Assembly (NCBI GenBank): GCA_965198225.1
Contig: CBDAOY010000009.1
Coordinates: 640,001 to 704,000, forward strand
DNA: 64,000 nucleotides
Source: Terriglobia bacterium
GTDB taxonomy: Bacteria > Acidobacteriota > Terriglobia > 20CM-2-55-15
Direction: 5' to 3'
Below, piece after piece: positions 51,489-62,179 of this stretch. The translations under genes and the position numbers were made by a program. Every line of letters begins with the position of its first letter. Position 1 is the stretch's first letter. The notes beneath the pieces were generated by a model. It did not search any database and was not told the origin of the DNA. It saw nothing but the letters and a program-made list of their open reading frames with translations.

Positions 51489-51629
51489 CTGAGCACTAAA
51501 CTGGGTTTCTGCCGGCCAGAAGAGGTCCGTGACATCTTTGATTCGGTACAGGAACTAAGAAAGATGCTGGCAGGACTGCGCAGAGCCTTGTCGGAGAACG
51601 AACTCCCCGAACTGACTACCGACGACTGA
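51489..51629 (+). pseudogene. C-terminal remnant of a four-helix-bundle (IVS/Avd-like) protein between inverted heptamer arrays
   Basis: Translates to LSTKLGFCRPEEVRDIFDSVQELRKMLAGLRRALSENELPELTTDD*; AGTAGTC array on the left, GACTACC array on the right. Confidence 0.55.
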
Positions 51630-51758
51630 CTACCGAACGAACAAGGCAGTGATTCGGTACAGGAACTAAGAAAGACTGGCAGGACTGCGCAGAGCCTTGT
51701 CGGAGAACGAACTCCCCAACTGACTACCGACGACTGACTACCGAACGAACAAGGCAGT
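51539..51758. repeat. ~111-bp tandem duplication
   Basis: tgattcggtacaggaac...acaaggcagt twice; the second copy lacks 3 bases. Confidence 0.9.
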
Positions 51759-51766
51759 TCGACTGC

Positions 51767-52813
51767 CTAGTTCGTTCTCGCGTAATACCCCTTCTTGTGC
51801 CGCACTTTCAACTTGTCCGGCTTGCCGTCGCCGTTGACGTCCAGGCGGGGAACTTCGACTTTGATCTTGTGCAGCTTTCCGTCCTTTTCCTGGTTGGTCG
51901 GCACAAAAGCAAGGCTGTACTGGTTGCGCATGTTGGCGCTGACTGTTTCGTAGATGCCGCGGTATTCGCCCTGGAATCTCGGGAAGAAGTAGGTGCCGCC
52001 GCTGGCGTTGGCGAGTGAACGAAGGACATTCTCGGCCTGCAGAAACGATATTCTCGCCAGGCCGCCCATTCGGTCTTCATACATGGTTCGGAACAACTGG
52101 GCCATCCCTACCGAATAGATCATCGTGTCGGAGCCCTCGGCCATCCTGAGGACCTCGCCGTAGTTGTGCTTGCTGATCGTGTCGAAGCCCGTACTCAGGA
52201 GGAAGATCGCCTTTTTCCCGTCGATGTTCTCCATGCGCTCCAGCGTGAACGCGACAGCGTCATAGAGTGAAGTCTCGCGATAGGCCGGGTACCGCAGACG
52301 GCGAAGTCCGCCGAAGAGCTCGTCCCGATTCTGGGTGAAGTCGGCCAGAATCTCCGGACGGATGTCGTAGGCGACGACCGCGGCCCAGTCATCCTCTCGC
52401 AGGGAGTTGATGAAACCGGCGGCGGGGCGAACGACATCGTCGTAGTAGTAGCCGAACGTGTCGCCGAATTCGATCAGCAGAACGACCGTCATCGGGGCAT
52501 CGGTCGGGCTGAAGTTCGTGATCGTCTGCTCGACCTTGTCCTCGGTGATCGTGAAGTGTTCTTTCACGAGACCTGAAACCGGGTTTCCCCGTCCGTCGGT
52601 GACGACGACGTCGAATTGCACCAGGTCGACGTCGATCGACAAGGCAAACTGATCGTCCTCACCCAGTTCGCGCGGTGGCGTCTTGTCTTCCTCCTCGGAA
52701 ATCGGAGGCAGCGGGACGTTCCTGCCCACGGTCTTCTTCGGGCCCTGGGCCACGGAGAAGCCGACTGCCAGCAGAATCAGCGCGACGGCTGCAGCGAGTC
52801 GTTTCGGTTTCAT
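51767..52813 (-). CDS. Acidobacterial-type VWA-domain protein
   Basis: Signal peptide MKPKRLAA, IDVDLVQFDVVVTD, TSLYDA, STGFD, RNQYSLAF, RHKKGYY. Confidence 0.88.
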   Translation of the reverse strand: MKPKRLAAAVALILLAVGFSVAQGPKKTVGRNVPLPPISEEEDKTPPRELGEDDQFALSIDVDLVQFDVVVTDGRGNPVSGLVKEHFTITEDKVEQTITNFSPTDAPMTVVLLIEFGDTFGYYYDDVVRPAAGFINSLREDDWAAVVAYDIRPEILADFTQNRDELFGGLRRLRYPAYRETSLYDAVAFTLERMENIDGKKAIFLLSTGFDTISKHNYGEVLRMAEGSDTMIYSVGMAQLFRTMYEDRMGGLARISFLQAENVLRSLANASGGTYFFPRFQGEYRGIYETVSANMRNQYSLAFVPTNQEKDGKLHKIKVEVPRLDVNGDGKPDKLKVRHKKGYYARTN

Positions 52814-53023
52814 GTTTCCTCTCCTGCGGGATTGCGCGATAGATATTGAACAGCCTACCTGACCGCAGCCAGTGTCGCAAGTTCTACCGGCCTGATTTTT
52901 GAACCGCTTAAGACCCGCTGCCATATTGGACGGCCCTGGAATTGATTCGTTGAATCGGCGTCTGAAATCCAACATCATTATTTGTTGGACAAAGCCCCAA
53001 ACTCTTAACTGACAGGTAATGCT

Positions 53024-54208
53024 ATGAAATCCGTTTATATCGCGTCTGCCCAGCGGACACCGATCGGGAGATTCGGTGGCACCCTGGCCGGAATGACCGC
53101 AGTGGATCTGGGAATCGTCGCCACTCGTGCGGCGCTCGAGAAGGCAGGCATCGAGGCCTCCGACGTCGAGGAGGTGATCATCGGGCAGGCCCGCCAGGCC
53201 GGCAACGGCCCCAACCCAGCCAGACAGATCGGCATTCGTTCCGGCATTCCGGCCGAAGTGCCCGCCTACACGGTAAACCAGGCCTGCGGCTCGGGCCTGA
53301 AGTCGATCATCCTGGGCTACCAGGAAATCATGCTCGGAAACGCCGGTATCATCGTTGCAGGCGGCACGGAGTCGATGAGCCGCGTGCCCTACCTTGTCGA
53401 GAATGCGCGCTGGGGTCTGCGGTTGGGTCACCAGGAATTCGTCGACGGCATGTACCGTGATGGATTCATGTGTCCACTGGCCGACATGGTGATGGGAGGG
53501 ACGGCCGAGAAGCTCGCCGAAATCCATGAAATTTCGAGAGCAGAGCAGGACGAGTTCGCGCTCCGAAGCCAGAGCCGAGCCGGTGAGGCGCGCCAATCGG
53601 GACGCTTCGGCGACGAAATCGCGCCGGTAACGGTCCCGAGGAAGCGAGGCGAGACCCTGCTGTTCGAGGCCGACGAGCACATTCGCGCCGACGCGAGTGT
53701 TGAAGGCATGTCGAAACTGAAGCCGGTCTTCTCGAAGGAAGGAACCGTGACGGCCGCGAACTCCTCCGGAATTACCGATGGCGCAGCCGCAACCGTTCTC
53801 GTGTCCGAAGAGGAAATGAAGAAGCGCGACCTCGAACCGCTGGCACGGATCGTCGACTACGCCATCGCCGGTGTCGACCCGAAGATCATGGGGATCGGTC
53901 CCGTTCCGGCGATCCACAAACTGCTGGCGAAGACCGGCATGTCACTGGACGGCTTCGACCTGGTCGAGCTCAACGAGGCCTTCGCCGCCCAGGTCCTGGC
54001 CTGCCTGCGCGAGGTGGCAGTCGATTCTGAGAAACTGAACGTCAACGGCGGCGCCATCGCGCTCGGTCACCCGATCGGCTGTACCGGAACCCGGATCACG
54101 ACCACGCTTCTCCACGAAATGCGACGCAGAGACGCGCGTTACGGATTGGCGACTCTCTGTATCAGCGGTGGAATGGGAATCGCTCTGGCGATCGAGAGCG
54201 TCAATTAA
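53024..54208 (+). CDS. Acetyl-CoA C-acetyltransferase (thiolase)
   Basis: [39 protein letters not shown]. Confidence 0.95.
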   Translation: MKSVYIASAQRTPIGRFGGTLAGMTAVDLGIVATRAALEKAGIEASDVEEVIIGQARQAGNGPNPARQIGIRSGIPAEVPAYTVNQACGSGLKSIILGYQEIMLGNAGIIVAGGTESMSRVPYLVENARWGLRLGHQEFVDGMYRDGFMCPLADMVMGGTAEKLAEIHEISRAEQDEFALRSQSRAGEARQSGRFGDEIAPVTVPRKRGETLLFEADEHIRADASVEGMSKLKPVFSKEGTVTAANSSGITDGAAATVLVSEEEMKKRDLEPLARIVDYAIAGVDPKIMGIGPVPAIHKLLAKTGMSLDGFDLVELNEAFAAQVLACLREVAVDSEKLNVNGGAIALGHPIGCTGTRITTTLLHEMRRRDARYGLATLCISGGMGIALAIESVN

Positions 54209-54517
54209 GGCCTCCGTTTTCTCCAGGAGCAGGAAGAGTTTTGCTTGAAGTGTAAAGATTCGATAAAGATGGCATGTCCGGCCGCCAGGAGCAAGAACCC
54301 ACTCGTAATCACCAGGTTGAAGGATTCGATTCCTTAAGGGCTGGTTCGAGGACCAGGACACCGGCGCGATCGCCATCCCCAAATACCGCCCCGTGTCGGG
54401 AAACGGGTGCGGATTCTGCTTGCTCAACCCGCCGTATAGTGATAGAAACGCAGAACATCCCGGAGTTTGTCCGCAATCGTGTAAGAAGCCCTGAATCTGA
54501 GGGAGGCCGATCTAATA

Positions 54518-56989
54518 ATGATAAAGCGCAGCACTGTCTCGCTGGCTGCAGTATTCGTGTGCCTGTTGGTCATGGCGGGGATCAATCTTGTCGGACAGCA
54601 GGCGACAGACAGCGCTGTCGGCATGGTCAGCGCGAACGACGTTCCGTTGTCCCCCGAGTCCCAACAGGCGATCGTCGACCAGTATTGTGTTTACTGTCAC
54701 GACGACGTCGAGATGGCCGGCAACATGACCATGTCCGGTCTGAACTTCACGCATGTCGAGGAAAGCGCCGAGCTGGCCGAGAAGATGATCGCCAAGCTGC
54801 GGCTGGGGATGATGCCGCCTGCCGGCATGAGCCGTCCCGCAGATGACACCCTCCTGGCGCTGGTGGAGACCCTGGAGTCGAACCTCGACGAGGCGGCCCG
54901 GGCCGCTCCCGATCCAGGAGCGCATCGGTTCCAGCGGCTCAGTCGCGCCGAATACGAGCGCGTAATCCACGACCTGCTGGCTCTGGATGTGGACGCGGGG
55001 AAGTGGCTCCCCGCCGACCTTTTAATGGGCGCCTTCGACAACCAGTCGGCCGCCCAGCCGTTCTCGCCGACGGTCCTGGATTCGTTCCTGAGAGCCGCCG
55101 CCGAGGTTGCGCGGTTGGCGGTCGGGAACCCCGAGGCCGCCTCCGCCACGACGAAGCACGTGAACCCGGAGCGGGTTTCGCAGCATGCCTGGGATCGGCT
55201 CGAAGGCGCGCCATTCGGGACTCGGGGTGGAATCGTGGTGACACACGACTTCCCCGCCGACGGAGAATACGTCTTCCACGTGAAAACCAAACAGGGGAGC
55301 GGGAATCAGACGGCTGTAGAGGATCTTGACATTTCCATCGACGGCGAGGGGGTTGCCCTGTTGATGCTCGAACACAACGCAGGGGGGCGCAAGCGTGATG
55401 ACGTCGGCATTTTGCTGGCCGACCTGGAGGCGCGGGTCGGCATCCAGACCGAGCCGATCTTCGTCCGTGCGGGCCAGCACACCGTGGCGGCGGCGTTCGT
55501 CAACCTCATCGACGGTCCGTACGAGGATCGGTTCAGTCCTGTCAGGTGGTCGGCCACCCATCCGATTACGAGCCAGCAGTACGGAATCACCGGGCTGACT
55601 CACCTCAGCGAGCTGTGGATCACCGGCCCCAGCAATGTGTCCGGAGTGTCCGAGACAGCGAGTCGCCAGAAGATTTTCACCTGCCGCCCGCCGTCGCCTG
55701 CCGAGGAGCGGCCCTGCGCCGAGTCGATTCTCACGGAGCTGGCGACCCAGGCGTACCGGCGACCGGTGACGCCGAAGGACGTGGCGGACGTGCTGTACTT
55801 CTACGACGAGGGGGCTGCTGAGGAGGGATTCGAACTGGGAGTGCGGCAGGGTTTGCAGTCGATCCTCGTATCGCCGGAGTTCCTGTTCCGCCTGGAGCGG
55901 GCGCCCGCGAGCGCCCGGCCGGGTGAGAGCTATCGACTGAGCGACGTCGAGCTCGCGACACGGCTCTCCTTCTTTCTGTGGGCCACGGGTCCGGATGAGG
56001 AGCTACTCGGGGTCGCCGCGAGCGGCCGGCTTTCGAACCCTGTCGTCCTTGAGGAGCAGGTCGAGCGGATGCTCGAGGATCCGCGGTCCGAGACGCTGGC
56101 CACCCGTTTCGCGCACCAGTGGCTGAGACTGGAGGACGTCGGGGAGATCTGGCCGCAAGCGTATCTCTTTCCGGATTTCACCGGACAGCTCGCCGACTCG
56201 CTGGTGCGGGAGACCGAGCTGCTCTTCCAGTACCTGGTCGAGGAGGACCGGCCCCTGTTCGAGCTCTTCGACGCCGACCACACCTACATGAACGAGCGTG
56301 TGGCCCAGCACTACGGAATCGAGGGGATCTACGGAGATGAATTCCGCCGCGTCGCCTACCCGGACGACCGGCGGCGGGGCGTTCTCAGCCACGGGAGCGT
56401 GCTGCACCTGACCTCCATGGCGGACCGGACGTCCCCGGTGCTGCGGGGCAAGTGGGTCTTGGAAGTGCTCTTAGGGTCGCCTCCGCCTCCGCCGCCGGAG
56501 AACGTTCCGGCCTTCGAGGATACTCCGGCGGTCGCAGAAGGCCGCCCTCTGAACACCCGCGAGCGGATGGAGGCACACCGCGAGAACCCGGCGTGTAACT
56601 CCTGCCACCGCTTCATGGATCCCATCGGCCTGGCTCTGGACAGCTTCGACGCCACCGGCAGGTGGCGGATCCGCGAGAACATGGTGCCGCTCGACACGAG
56701 CGGCGACTTCTACGACGGCACGCCGATCGGAACGCCCGGCGAGCTCGTCGGCGCTCTCCTGAAGCGTCCGATCCCGCTCGTGCGGCACTTCACGGAAAAC
56801 CTGTTGTCATATTCGCTCGGCCGGCCCGTGGAGTACTTCGACCAGCCGACGATTCGCGCGATCACCCGAGAGGCTGAAGCCAACGAATATCACATGTCGT
56901 CTTTCATCCTGGGAGTGGTGAAGAGCGACGCATTCCAGATGAAACGGATCGAACCGGCCGGGACCGAGGACCGAGCGGCCCGCAACTAA
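54518..56989 (+). CDS. Cytochrome c-type DUF1587/1595/1592/1588/1585 domain protein
   Basis: CVYCH and CNSCH heme motifs, RLSRAEY, ELATRLSFFLW, TSPVLRGKWV, MDPIGLAL. Confidence 0.88.
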   Translation: MIKRSTVSLAAVFVCLLVMAGINLVGQQATDSAVGMVSANDVPLSPESQQAIVDQYCVYCHDDVEMAGNMTMSGLNFTHVEESAELAEKMIAKLRLGMMPPAGMSRPADDTLLALVETLESNLDEAARAAPDPGAHRFQRLSRAEYERVIHDLLALDVDAGKWLPADLLMGAFDNQSAAQPFSPTVLDSFLRAAAEVARLAVGNPEAASATTKHVNPERVSQHAWDRLEGAPFGTRGGIVVTHDFPADGEYVFHVKTKQGSGNQTAVEDLDISIDGEGVALLMLEHNAGGRKRDDVGILLADLEARVGIQTEPIFVRAGQHTVAAAFVNLIDGPYEDRFSPVRWSATHPITSQQYGITGLTHLSELWITGPSNVSGVSETASRQKIFTCRPPSPAEERPCAESILTELATQAYRRPVTPKDVADVLYFYDEGAAEEGFELGVRQGLQSILVSPEFLFRLERAPASARPGESYRLSDVELATRLSFFLWATGPDEELLGVAASGRLSNPVVLEEQVERMLEDPRSETLATRFAHQWLRLEDVGEIWPQAYLFPDFTGQLADSLVRETELLFQYLVEEDRPLFELFDADHTYMNERVAQHYGIEGIYGDEFRRVAYPDDRRRGVLSHGSVLHLTSMADRTSPVLRGKWVLEVLLGSPPPPPPENVPAFEDTPAVAEGRPLNTRERMEAHRENPACNSCHRFMDPIGLALDSFDATGRWRIRENMVPLDTSGDFYDGTPIGTPGELVGALLKRPIPLVRHFTENLLSYSLGRPVEYFDQPTIRAITREAEANEYHMSSFILGVVKSDAFQMKRIEPAGTEDRAARN

Positions 56990-57022
56990 ACACATCACCC
57001 AAGCGTTGAGGAGACTCAGACT

Positions 57023-58438
57023 ATGTCCTACATCACTGGAAAATACATACCCCGACGGACCTTTCTCCGCGGCGCCGGCGTCATGGTGGCGCTGCCGTTC
57101 ATGGAGTCGATGGTACCGGCCGCCCGAGCCTGGCAAGACCCCGCGTCGGAGAAGTTCACGCGCTTGATCGGCGTCGAGGAGTCGATGGGGTGCGCGGGCA
57201 GCAACGAGTGGGGTGACGAGCGGCACTTCTTCGCACCAGCGAAGGTCGGCCGCGACTTCGAGTTCATAGATGACAGCCATCTGAAGCCCCTCGAGTCGTT
57301 CCGGGACTACCTGACGGTCATCAGCGATACCGACGTCCGAATGGCGAGTTCCCTGACGCCCGACGAGATCGGCGGCGGCCACGATCGCGCGTCCGCGGTG
57401 TTCCTGACCCAGGCCCATCCGCTGCGCAAGTCGGGCGCGGTCTACCTCGGGAAGTCGCTGGACCAGTACCATGCGGACCGCTTCGGACAGGACACGGTGT
57501 TGCCCTCCCTCGAGCTGACCACCGAGCTGGGGGGGCCTGGCGGTTGCGAATACAGCTACCACTGCGCGTACGGGACGACCATCGCCTGGGCGGGTCCCAC
57601 CGAACCGCTTCAGCCCGTCGCCGATCCGAGGACGGTGTTCGAGCAGCTCTTCGGCGTCGGTGACTCGGCCGCGGACCGTGCTGCCCGGCGGCAGACGACC
57701 GGGAGCCTGCTCGACTGGGTCGGGACGAAGCTGGCCGATCTGAAGAGGGAGCTGGGTGCGACCGACCGTCGGGCCCTGGACCAGTACACGACCCACATCC
57801 GCGAGATGGAGCGGAGGATCCAGCTGGTCGAGGCGCAGAACAACAGCGGCGAGGAGCGGGCGATGCCGGAGGCGCCCTCGGGCGTTCCCGACCGGTGGGA
57901 GGATCACATGCAGTTGATGTTCGACCTCCAGCTGGTGGCGTTCCAGGCGGACCTCACGCGGGTGATCACCTTCAAGCCGGGAGCCGACCGCTCGAGCATG
58001 ACCTTCCCCGAGAGCGGAACGAACAAACCATGGCACTCGGCGTCGCACCACGGAAACACGCCCGATGGCATCATGGCCTACCTCATGATCAACCGGTACC
58101 GCCTGGGTCAGTTCGCTTACTTCCTGGACAAGCTGAAGAACACGATGGAGGGTGACGCTTCCCTGCTGGACAAGACCGCCATCGTCTGGGGTTCGGCGAT
58201 GGGGGACGGGAACCCCCACAACAACATTCGCTGCCCGCTGCTGATGATGGGGCACGCGAACGGAGCGCTGGAGGGCAACCTCCACCTGAGGGCCGAGAGG
58301 GGGACGCCGATGGCGAACGCGTTCCTGACCCTGATGCATCGAATGGGACACGACGACATGGAGTTCTTCGGTGACAGCACGGGCGAGTTCCCGGTGACCT
58401 TCCCCGGGGAGTCGGTGGATTCGAGGGGGGCGGCATGA
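57023..58438 (+). CDS. DUF1552 (HXXSHH) domain protein with Tat-like leader
   Basis: PRRTFLRG, LPFMESM, WHSASHH, GSAMGDGNPH. Confidence 0.88.
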   Translation: MSYITGKYIPRRTFLRGAGVMVALPFMESMVPAARAWQDPASEKFTRLIGVEESMGCAGSNEWGDERHFFAPAKVGRDFEFIDDSHLKPLESFRDYLTVISDTDVRMASSLTPDEIGGGHDRASAVFLTQAHPLRKSGAVYLGKSLDQYHADRFGQDTVLPSLELTTELGGPGGCEYSYHCAYGTTIAWAGPTEPLQPVADPRTVFEQLFGVGDSAADRAARRQTTGSLLDWVGTKLADLKRELGATDRRALDQYTTHIREMERRIQLVEAQNNSGEERAMPEAPSGVPDRWEDHMQLMFDLQLVAFQADLTRVITFKPGADRSSMTFPESGTNKPWHSASHHGNTPDGIMAYLMINRYRLGQFAYFLDKLKNTMEGDASLLDKTAIVWGSAMGDGNPHNNIRCPLLMMGHANGALEGNLHLRAERGTPMANAFLTLMHRMGHDDMEFFGDSTGEFPVTFPGESVDSRGAA

Positions 58439-60357
58439 ATCCAGGAAGAGGGACGTGCCTGACCGCTGCGGTCCTCGCAATCGCCCTGCTCATCGGAACC
58501 GTCGCGGCGGCCGACTTGCCGCTCCTGGACGCGACGAAGCGGGGTGACGCGGCGGCGGTCCGGTCGCTCATCGCGGACGGAGCGGATCCGAACGCGACCC
58601 GCGGAGACGGTCTGACCGCGCTGCACCTGGCAGCCGAGGCAGGCAACCTCGAGATCGCCAGGCTCTTGATCGGCGCGGGGGCCCAGGTCGCGGCGGCGAC
58701 GCGCATCGGCGGCTACATGCCGATACACCTCGCCAGCGGGGCCGCTCAGGCGTCTGTTGTCGGCGCGCTCCTTGAGGCCGGCGCCGACCCGAACGCGGTG
58801 ACGACAGGCAGCCGTGTGACGCCACTCCACCTCGCCGCGAAAGCGTTCGATGGCGAGAGCACGGTCCGGGTTCTGCTGGAGCACGGTGCACCCGTCAACG
58901 CCCTGGAGGCTTCGGCCGGGCAGACGCCGTTGATGTTCGCGGCGTCCTACGGCCGCACGGAATCAGTCCGCGAGCTCCTCGGCCACGGCGCGGATACGGC
59001 GATCAGCACGGAAGTCGTCGATGTGTTGAAGAGAATGGTCATCGACCAGGCTGCGCAGGCACGCCTGCAGGAGGCGCAGAAGGAGATCCTCGAGAGCTCT
59101 CCCGAGGGAGCGGACCGGGTTTTGACCGCCACGGAGGCGCAGGCGGCCATCGCCGCCCAGCGCGAGTTCCTGCGCTCGGAAGAGGCGATCGAGAAGTTGC
59201 TCGTGGACTTCCATCCCGACGATGTGGCGAACCGCCGAAAGTACAGGGCGACCGAAGTCGAGTACCTGGCACGACCGTGGTTTGAGACGCTGGTCGGGAA
59301 GACGGGCGGTCTGACGGCGCTGCTGCACGCGGCCCGCGAAGGCCACATCGAAACGGCGGAGGTTCTCCTGGACGCCGGAGCCGACATCAACCAGATCAGC
59401 GGCGGCGACGGAAGCAGTCCCCTGGTCAGCGCCGTGCAGAACGGTCACTTCGACCTGGCGCTGGTGCTGATCGAGCGCGGCGCGGATCCGAACCTCGCCA
59501 CACACACCGACCGGGTCGCAGCGCTCCTTGGTGTGTTGCAGACTCAGTGGGCGAACTTTACCAGTTACCCGGTGCCCCGGGCGCACGAGTACCAGAAGAG
59601 CGGCTACATGGACGTACTGCGCGCGCTGCTGGAGGCGGGCGCCGACCCGAACGTGGCGACCACGAGACACCTGTGGTACTGGGAATTCGTTGTCGGGCGG
59701 GTCGGGCTCGACGTCAACGGTCTCACCCCGTTCTGGCGTGCCGCCTTCGCGCTGGATATCGAGGCGATGAAGTTGCTGGCGGCATACGGTGCCGACCCGA
59801 ACATTCCGACCCGGTGGGACGAGGTCGGCATGAGGGGTACGCGGCAGGAGGACGGGCGATCCGGGGATGACTCCGGGCTGCCGCCGTTTACCAAGGGCAC
59901 GGCCAACATGTATCCCATACACGCCGCGGCGGGGGGCGGTTGGCTCGGGTTCGTAGCCGTCGACATGCGGCAGATTCCGGACAACTTCTTCAATACGGTG
60001 AAGTACCTGGTCGAGGAGCATGGCGCGGACGTCAACGTGCCCCACTCCTGGGGCTACACGCCGCTTCACTATGCGGCGGCCAGGGGCGACCACGAGCTCA
60101 TCGACTATCTGCTGTCGAAGGGCGCCGAGTTGAACGCAGTCAGCCGGCTTGGCCAAACGCCGGTCGATATGGCCCGCGGCGGCGGAGCCGGATACCACCG
60201 TCGTTCGCCGATGCCGGAGACCGTGGAGTACCTGTTGAGCCTCGGCGCCGAGCTCAAGTGTATCGACACCCACTTCCGGGGCACCGGAGCCTGGTGCGCG
60301 GGCGCCGGCGTGCCGCCGTTCGAGGGAGCGATCATAACGCTGCCACCTCCCAAATAG
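58435..60357 (+). CDS. Exported ankyrin-repeat protein
   Basis: Signal peptide; repeated G.TPLH.AA...LL..GAD.N units. Confidence 0.9.
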   Translation: MNPGRGTCLTAAVLAIALLIGTVAAADLPLLDATKRGDAAAVRSLIADGADPNATRGDGLTALHLAAEAGNLEIARLLIGAGAQVAAATRIGGYMPIHLASGAAQASVVGALLEAGADPNAVTTGSRVTPLHLAAKAFDGESTVRVLLEHGAPVNALEASAGQTPLMFAASYGRTESVRELLGHGADTAISTEVVDVLKRMVIDQAAQARLQEAQKEILESSPEGADRVLTATEAQAAIAAQREFLRSEEAIEKLLVDFHPDDVANRRKYRATEVEYLARPWFETLVGKTGGLTALLHAAREGHIETAEVLLDAGADINQISGGDGSSPLVSAVQNGHFDLALVLIERGADPNLATHTDRVAALLGVLQTQWANFTSYPVPRAHEYQKSGYMDVLRALLEAGADPNVATTRHLWYWEFVVGRVGLDVNGLTPFWRAAFALDIEAMKLLAAYGADPNIPTRWDEVGMRGTRQEDGRSGDDSGLPPFTKGTANMYPIHAAAGGGWLGFVAVDMRQIPDNFFNTVKYLVEEHGADVNVPHSWGYTPLHYAAARGDHELIDYLLSKGAELNAVSRLGQTPVDMARGGGAGYHRRSPMPETVEYLLSLGAELKCIDTHFRGTGAWCAGAGVPPFEGAIITLPPPK

Positions 60358-60694
60358 CGCCAGCCTTCCACAGGTGTAGGTGCGTCTATGACCGCACATC
60401 CCCTGATTTGAGTGGATTACCTGCAGTTCTCTGAGGGGCCCGGGATGAAATTCCCCGGGCCCTGCCAATTTCTACAAGGCTATACGGGAGCTTCTGGGGA
60501 ATTTCCGGGGGTAATCAGCCGAGCCCTGCCGCACCGTTCCTTCAGTTCTTCAAACCAACTTCACCACTGCGACGACGGCAGTGATCGGCAGACCGCTCGC
60601 GCAGAGGCACCCGGTCGATCAAGACACGCGTTTCGTAAATTGACGCGTCCATTGAAAGAAACCGACCGATCTTAGATGCTATGCTTTCTCCCAC

Positions 60695-60781
60695 GGAGGA
60701 ATGGCCGAGCGGTCGAAGGCGGTGGTCTTGAAAACCACTGTACCCGGAAGGGTACCGGGGGTTCGAATCCCTCTTCCTCCG
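60695..60781 (+). tRNA. tRNA-Ser (anticodon TGA), CCA not encoded
   Basis: GGAGGAA/TTCCTCC acceptor stem, GTGGT-CTTGAAA-ACCAC anticodon arm, long variable arm GTACCC-GGAA-GGGTAC, GGTTCGAATCC T-arm. Confidence 0.96.
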
Positions 60782-61029
60782 TTATTATATTAATATAAAT
60801 TAGTGATTCAATTGAGATTAGTATTTAATTAAATAATGTAATCTCCCTTTAGATCACCCTTTGTTGATTTGGTGCCGGTCATCGGATTCAAGTCCGCCGG
60901 GGCAACATCACCTCCCCGGTTCTGATGTCGTCTAAGGCACTTTCGACACTTGAATGATGGTTCACTGGTGTTCGCCTTCTCGACCCATACCTGACGCGTT
61001 TATCACGCCTTTTTCCGTCAATAATATAC

Positions 61030-61058
61030 TTGACTCAGTACGACCTCTCTGGTAAAAT
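61030..61058 (+). promoter_or_regulatory. Sigma70-type promoter for the transposase
   Basis: TTGACT-17 bp-TAAAAT, ending 9 bp before the ATG. Confidence 0.55.
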
Positions 61059-61067
61059 CTCTTCGTT

Positions 61068-62027
61068 ATGAAGAAGAACCAACCGAAGACACTTCAAGAA
61101 GCCATCATTTACTTCGCCGACGAGGGCAACGCGATTGAGTACTTGCGCTCTCGTCGCTGGCCTGACAGCAAAGCTATCTGTCCGATCTGCGGTTCTGATG
61201 ACGTTCGCTATATTTCGACCCGCCGCCTGTGGGAGTGCAAAGCGAGGCACCTGAAGCGCCAGTTCAGCATTAAGGTTGGAACGATTTTTGAAGGTTCGCC
61301 GATCAAGCTTTCCAAGTGGATGTGTGCCGTCTGGATGCTTACGAATTGCAAGAACGGTGTTTCGTCCTACGAAATTCATCGCGCGCTCGGTGTAACCCAA
61401 AAGACCGCGTGGTTCATGCTTCAACGCATTCGCTTGGCAATGCAGGATGAAGACGACGGTGGCACACTTGACGGAGAGGTCGAGGTCGATGAAACATTTA
61501 TCGGCGGCAAGGCGCGAAACATGCACAAGGATAAGCGCGCAAAGAAGATTACTGGAACCGGCGGTAAGGACAAGGCGATTGTATTCGGAATGCTGGAACG
61601 GGGAGGACGGGCGAAGGCCAAAGTTATCAAGAGTCGCAAGCGCTACGAATTGCAAGCGGAGATTCGCAAGACCGTTCGATCTGGATCGTCTATCTTCAGC
61701 GACGAACTGAAGTCCTATGATGGCCTCGCGACCGACTACGAGCATGCCGTCATCAATCACGCAGTCAAGTATGCGGACGGGAATGTGCACACGAACGGCA
61801 TGGAAAACTTCTGGTCGCTTTTGAAGCGTGGTCTTCGTGGAACCTACGTTTCGGTCGAGCCGTTCCATTTATTTCGTTACCTTGATGAACAATGCTTCCG
61901 CTTTAACTTCCGTAAGGACTGGAACGACGCGGAACGCTTTGACATCGTTCTCGGCCGGGTTGCCAACAAGAAGCTAACCTATGCCGAACTCACCGGCGCA
62001 GACGGCAAAAAACAAGCCGTCGTCTAA
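61068..62027 (+). mobile_element. IS1595-family (ISXO2-like) DDE transposase
   Basis: N-terminal zinc ribbon CPICGS, TIFEGS, KTAWFM, EVDETFIGG, SDE, HTNGMENFWSLLKRG, YLDEQCFRFN. Confidence 0.92.
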
Positions 62028-62179
62028 ATACGCTCGCCAGAAGCGCGGGAAGCGGCGGAAGTCTTAGCAGATTTCCGCTTTTTCTTTGCCTTTTTGTCAG
62101 CAGCGAGTCTTCGCTGTAATTCTGCATAGGACACGGTGAGCAATCGCCTTACTGCTTTGTCAAAGCGTTCGCTGTCCAT
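62024..62179 (-). CDS. Small basic protein (51 aa) convergent with the transposase
   Basis: MDSERFDKAVRRLLTVSYAELQRR...KKAKKKRK; stop overlaps the transposase stop. Confidence 0.5.
   Translation of the reverse strand: MDSERFDKAVRRLLTVSYAELQRRLAADKKAKKKRKSAKTSAASRASGERI

Noticed and set aside
51462-51758. Diversity-generating retroelement (Avd-like remnant plus a near-identical repeat pair)
   Set aside because: No reverse transcriptase in the window, and the copies differ by small indels rather than adenine-specific substitutions.
49435-51758. CRISPR array
   Set aside because: Repeats are 7-10-nt tandem units or a single duplication with no unique spacers; no cas genes.
52814-53917. N-terminal extension of the 716-aa minus-strand ORF
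   Set aside because: Mostly the antisense shadow of the thiolase gene; the VWA protein has its own RBS and signal peptide starting at 52813.
37102-60468. Long antisense ORFs (e.g. 37102-38478, 38742-40538, 56807-58480, 58963-60468)
   Set aside because: Typical shadow ORFs of GC-rich coding DNA with no recognisable motifs.
60695-60781. Selenocysteine or suppressor tRNA
   Set aside because: Anticodon TGA reads UCA (Ser); tRNA-Sec would have TCA and a longer acceptor stem.
60850-61017. Integrase remnant next to the tRNA
   Set aside because: No recognisable tyrosine- or serine-recombinase motif could be read in this short stretch.
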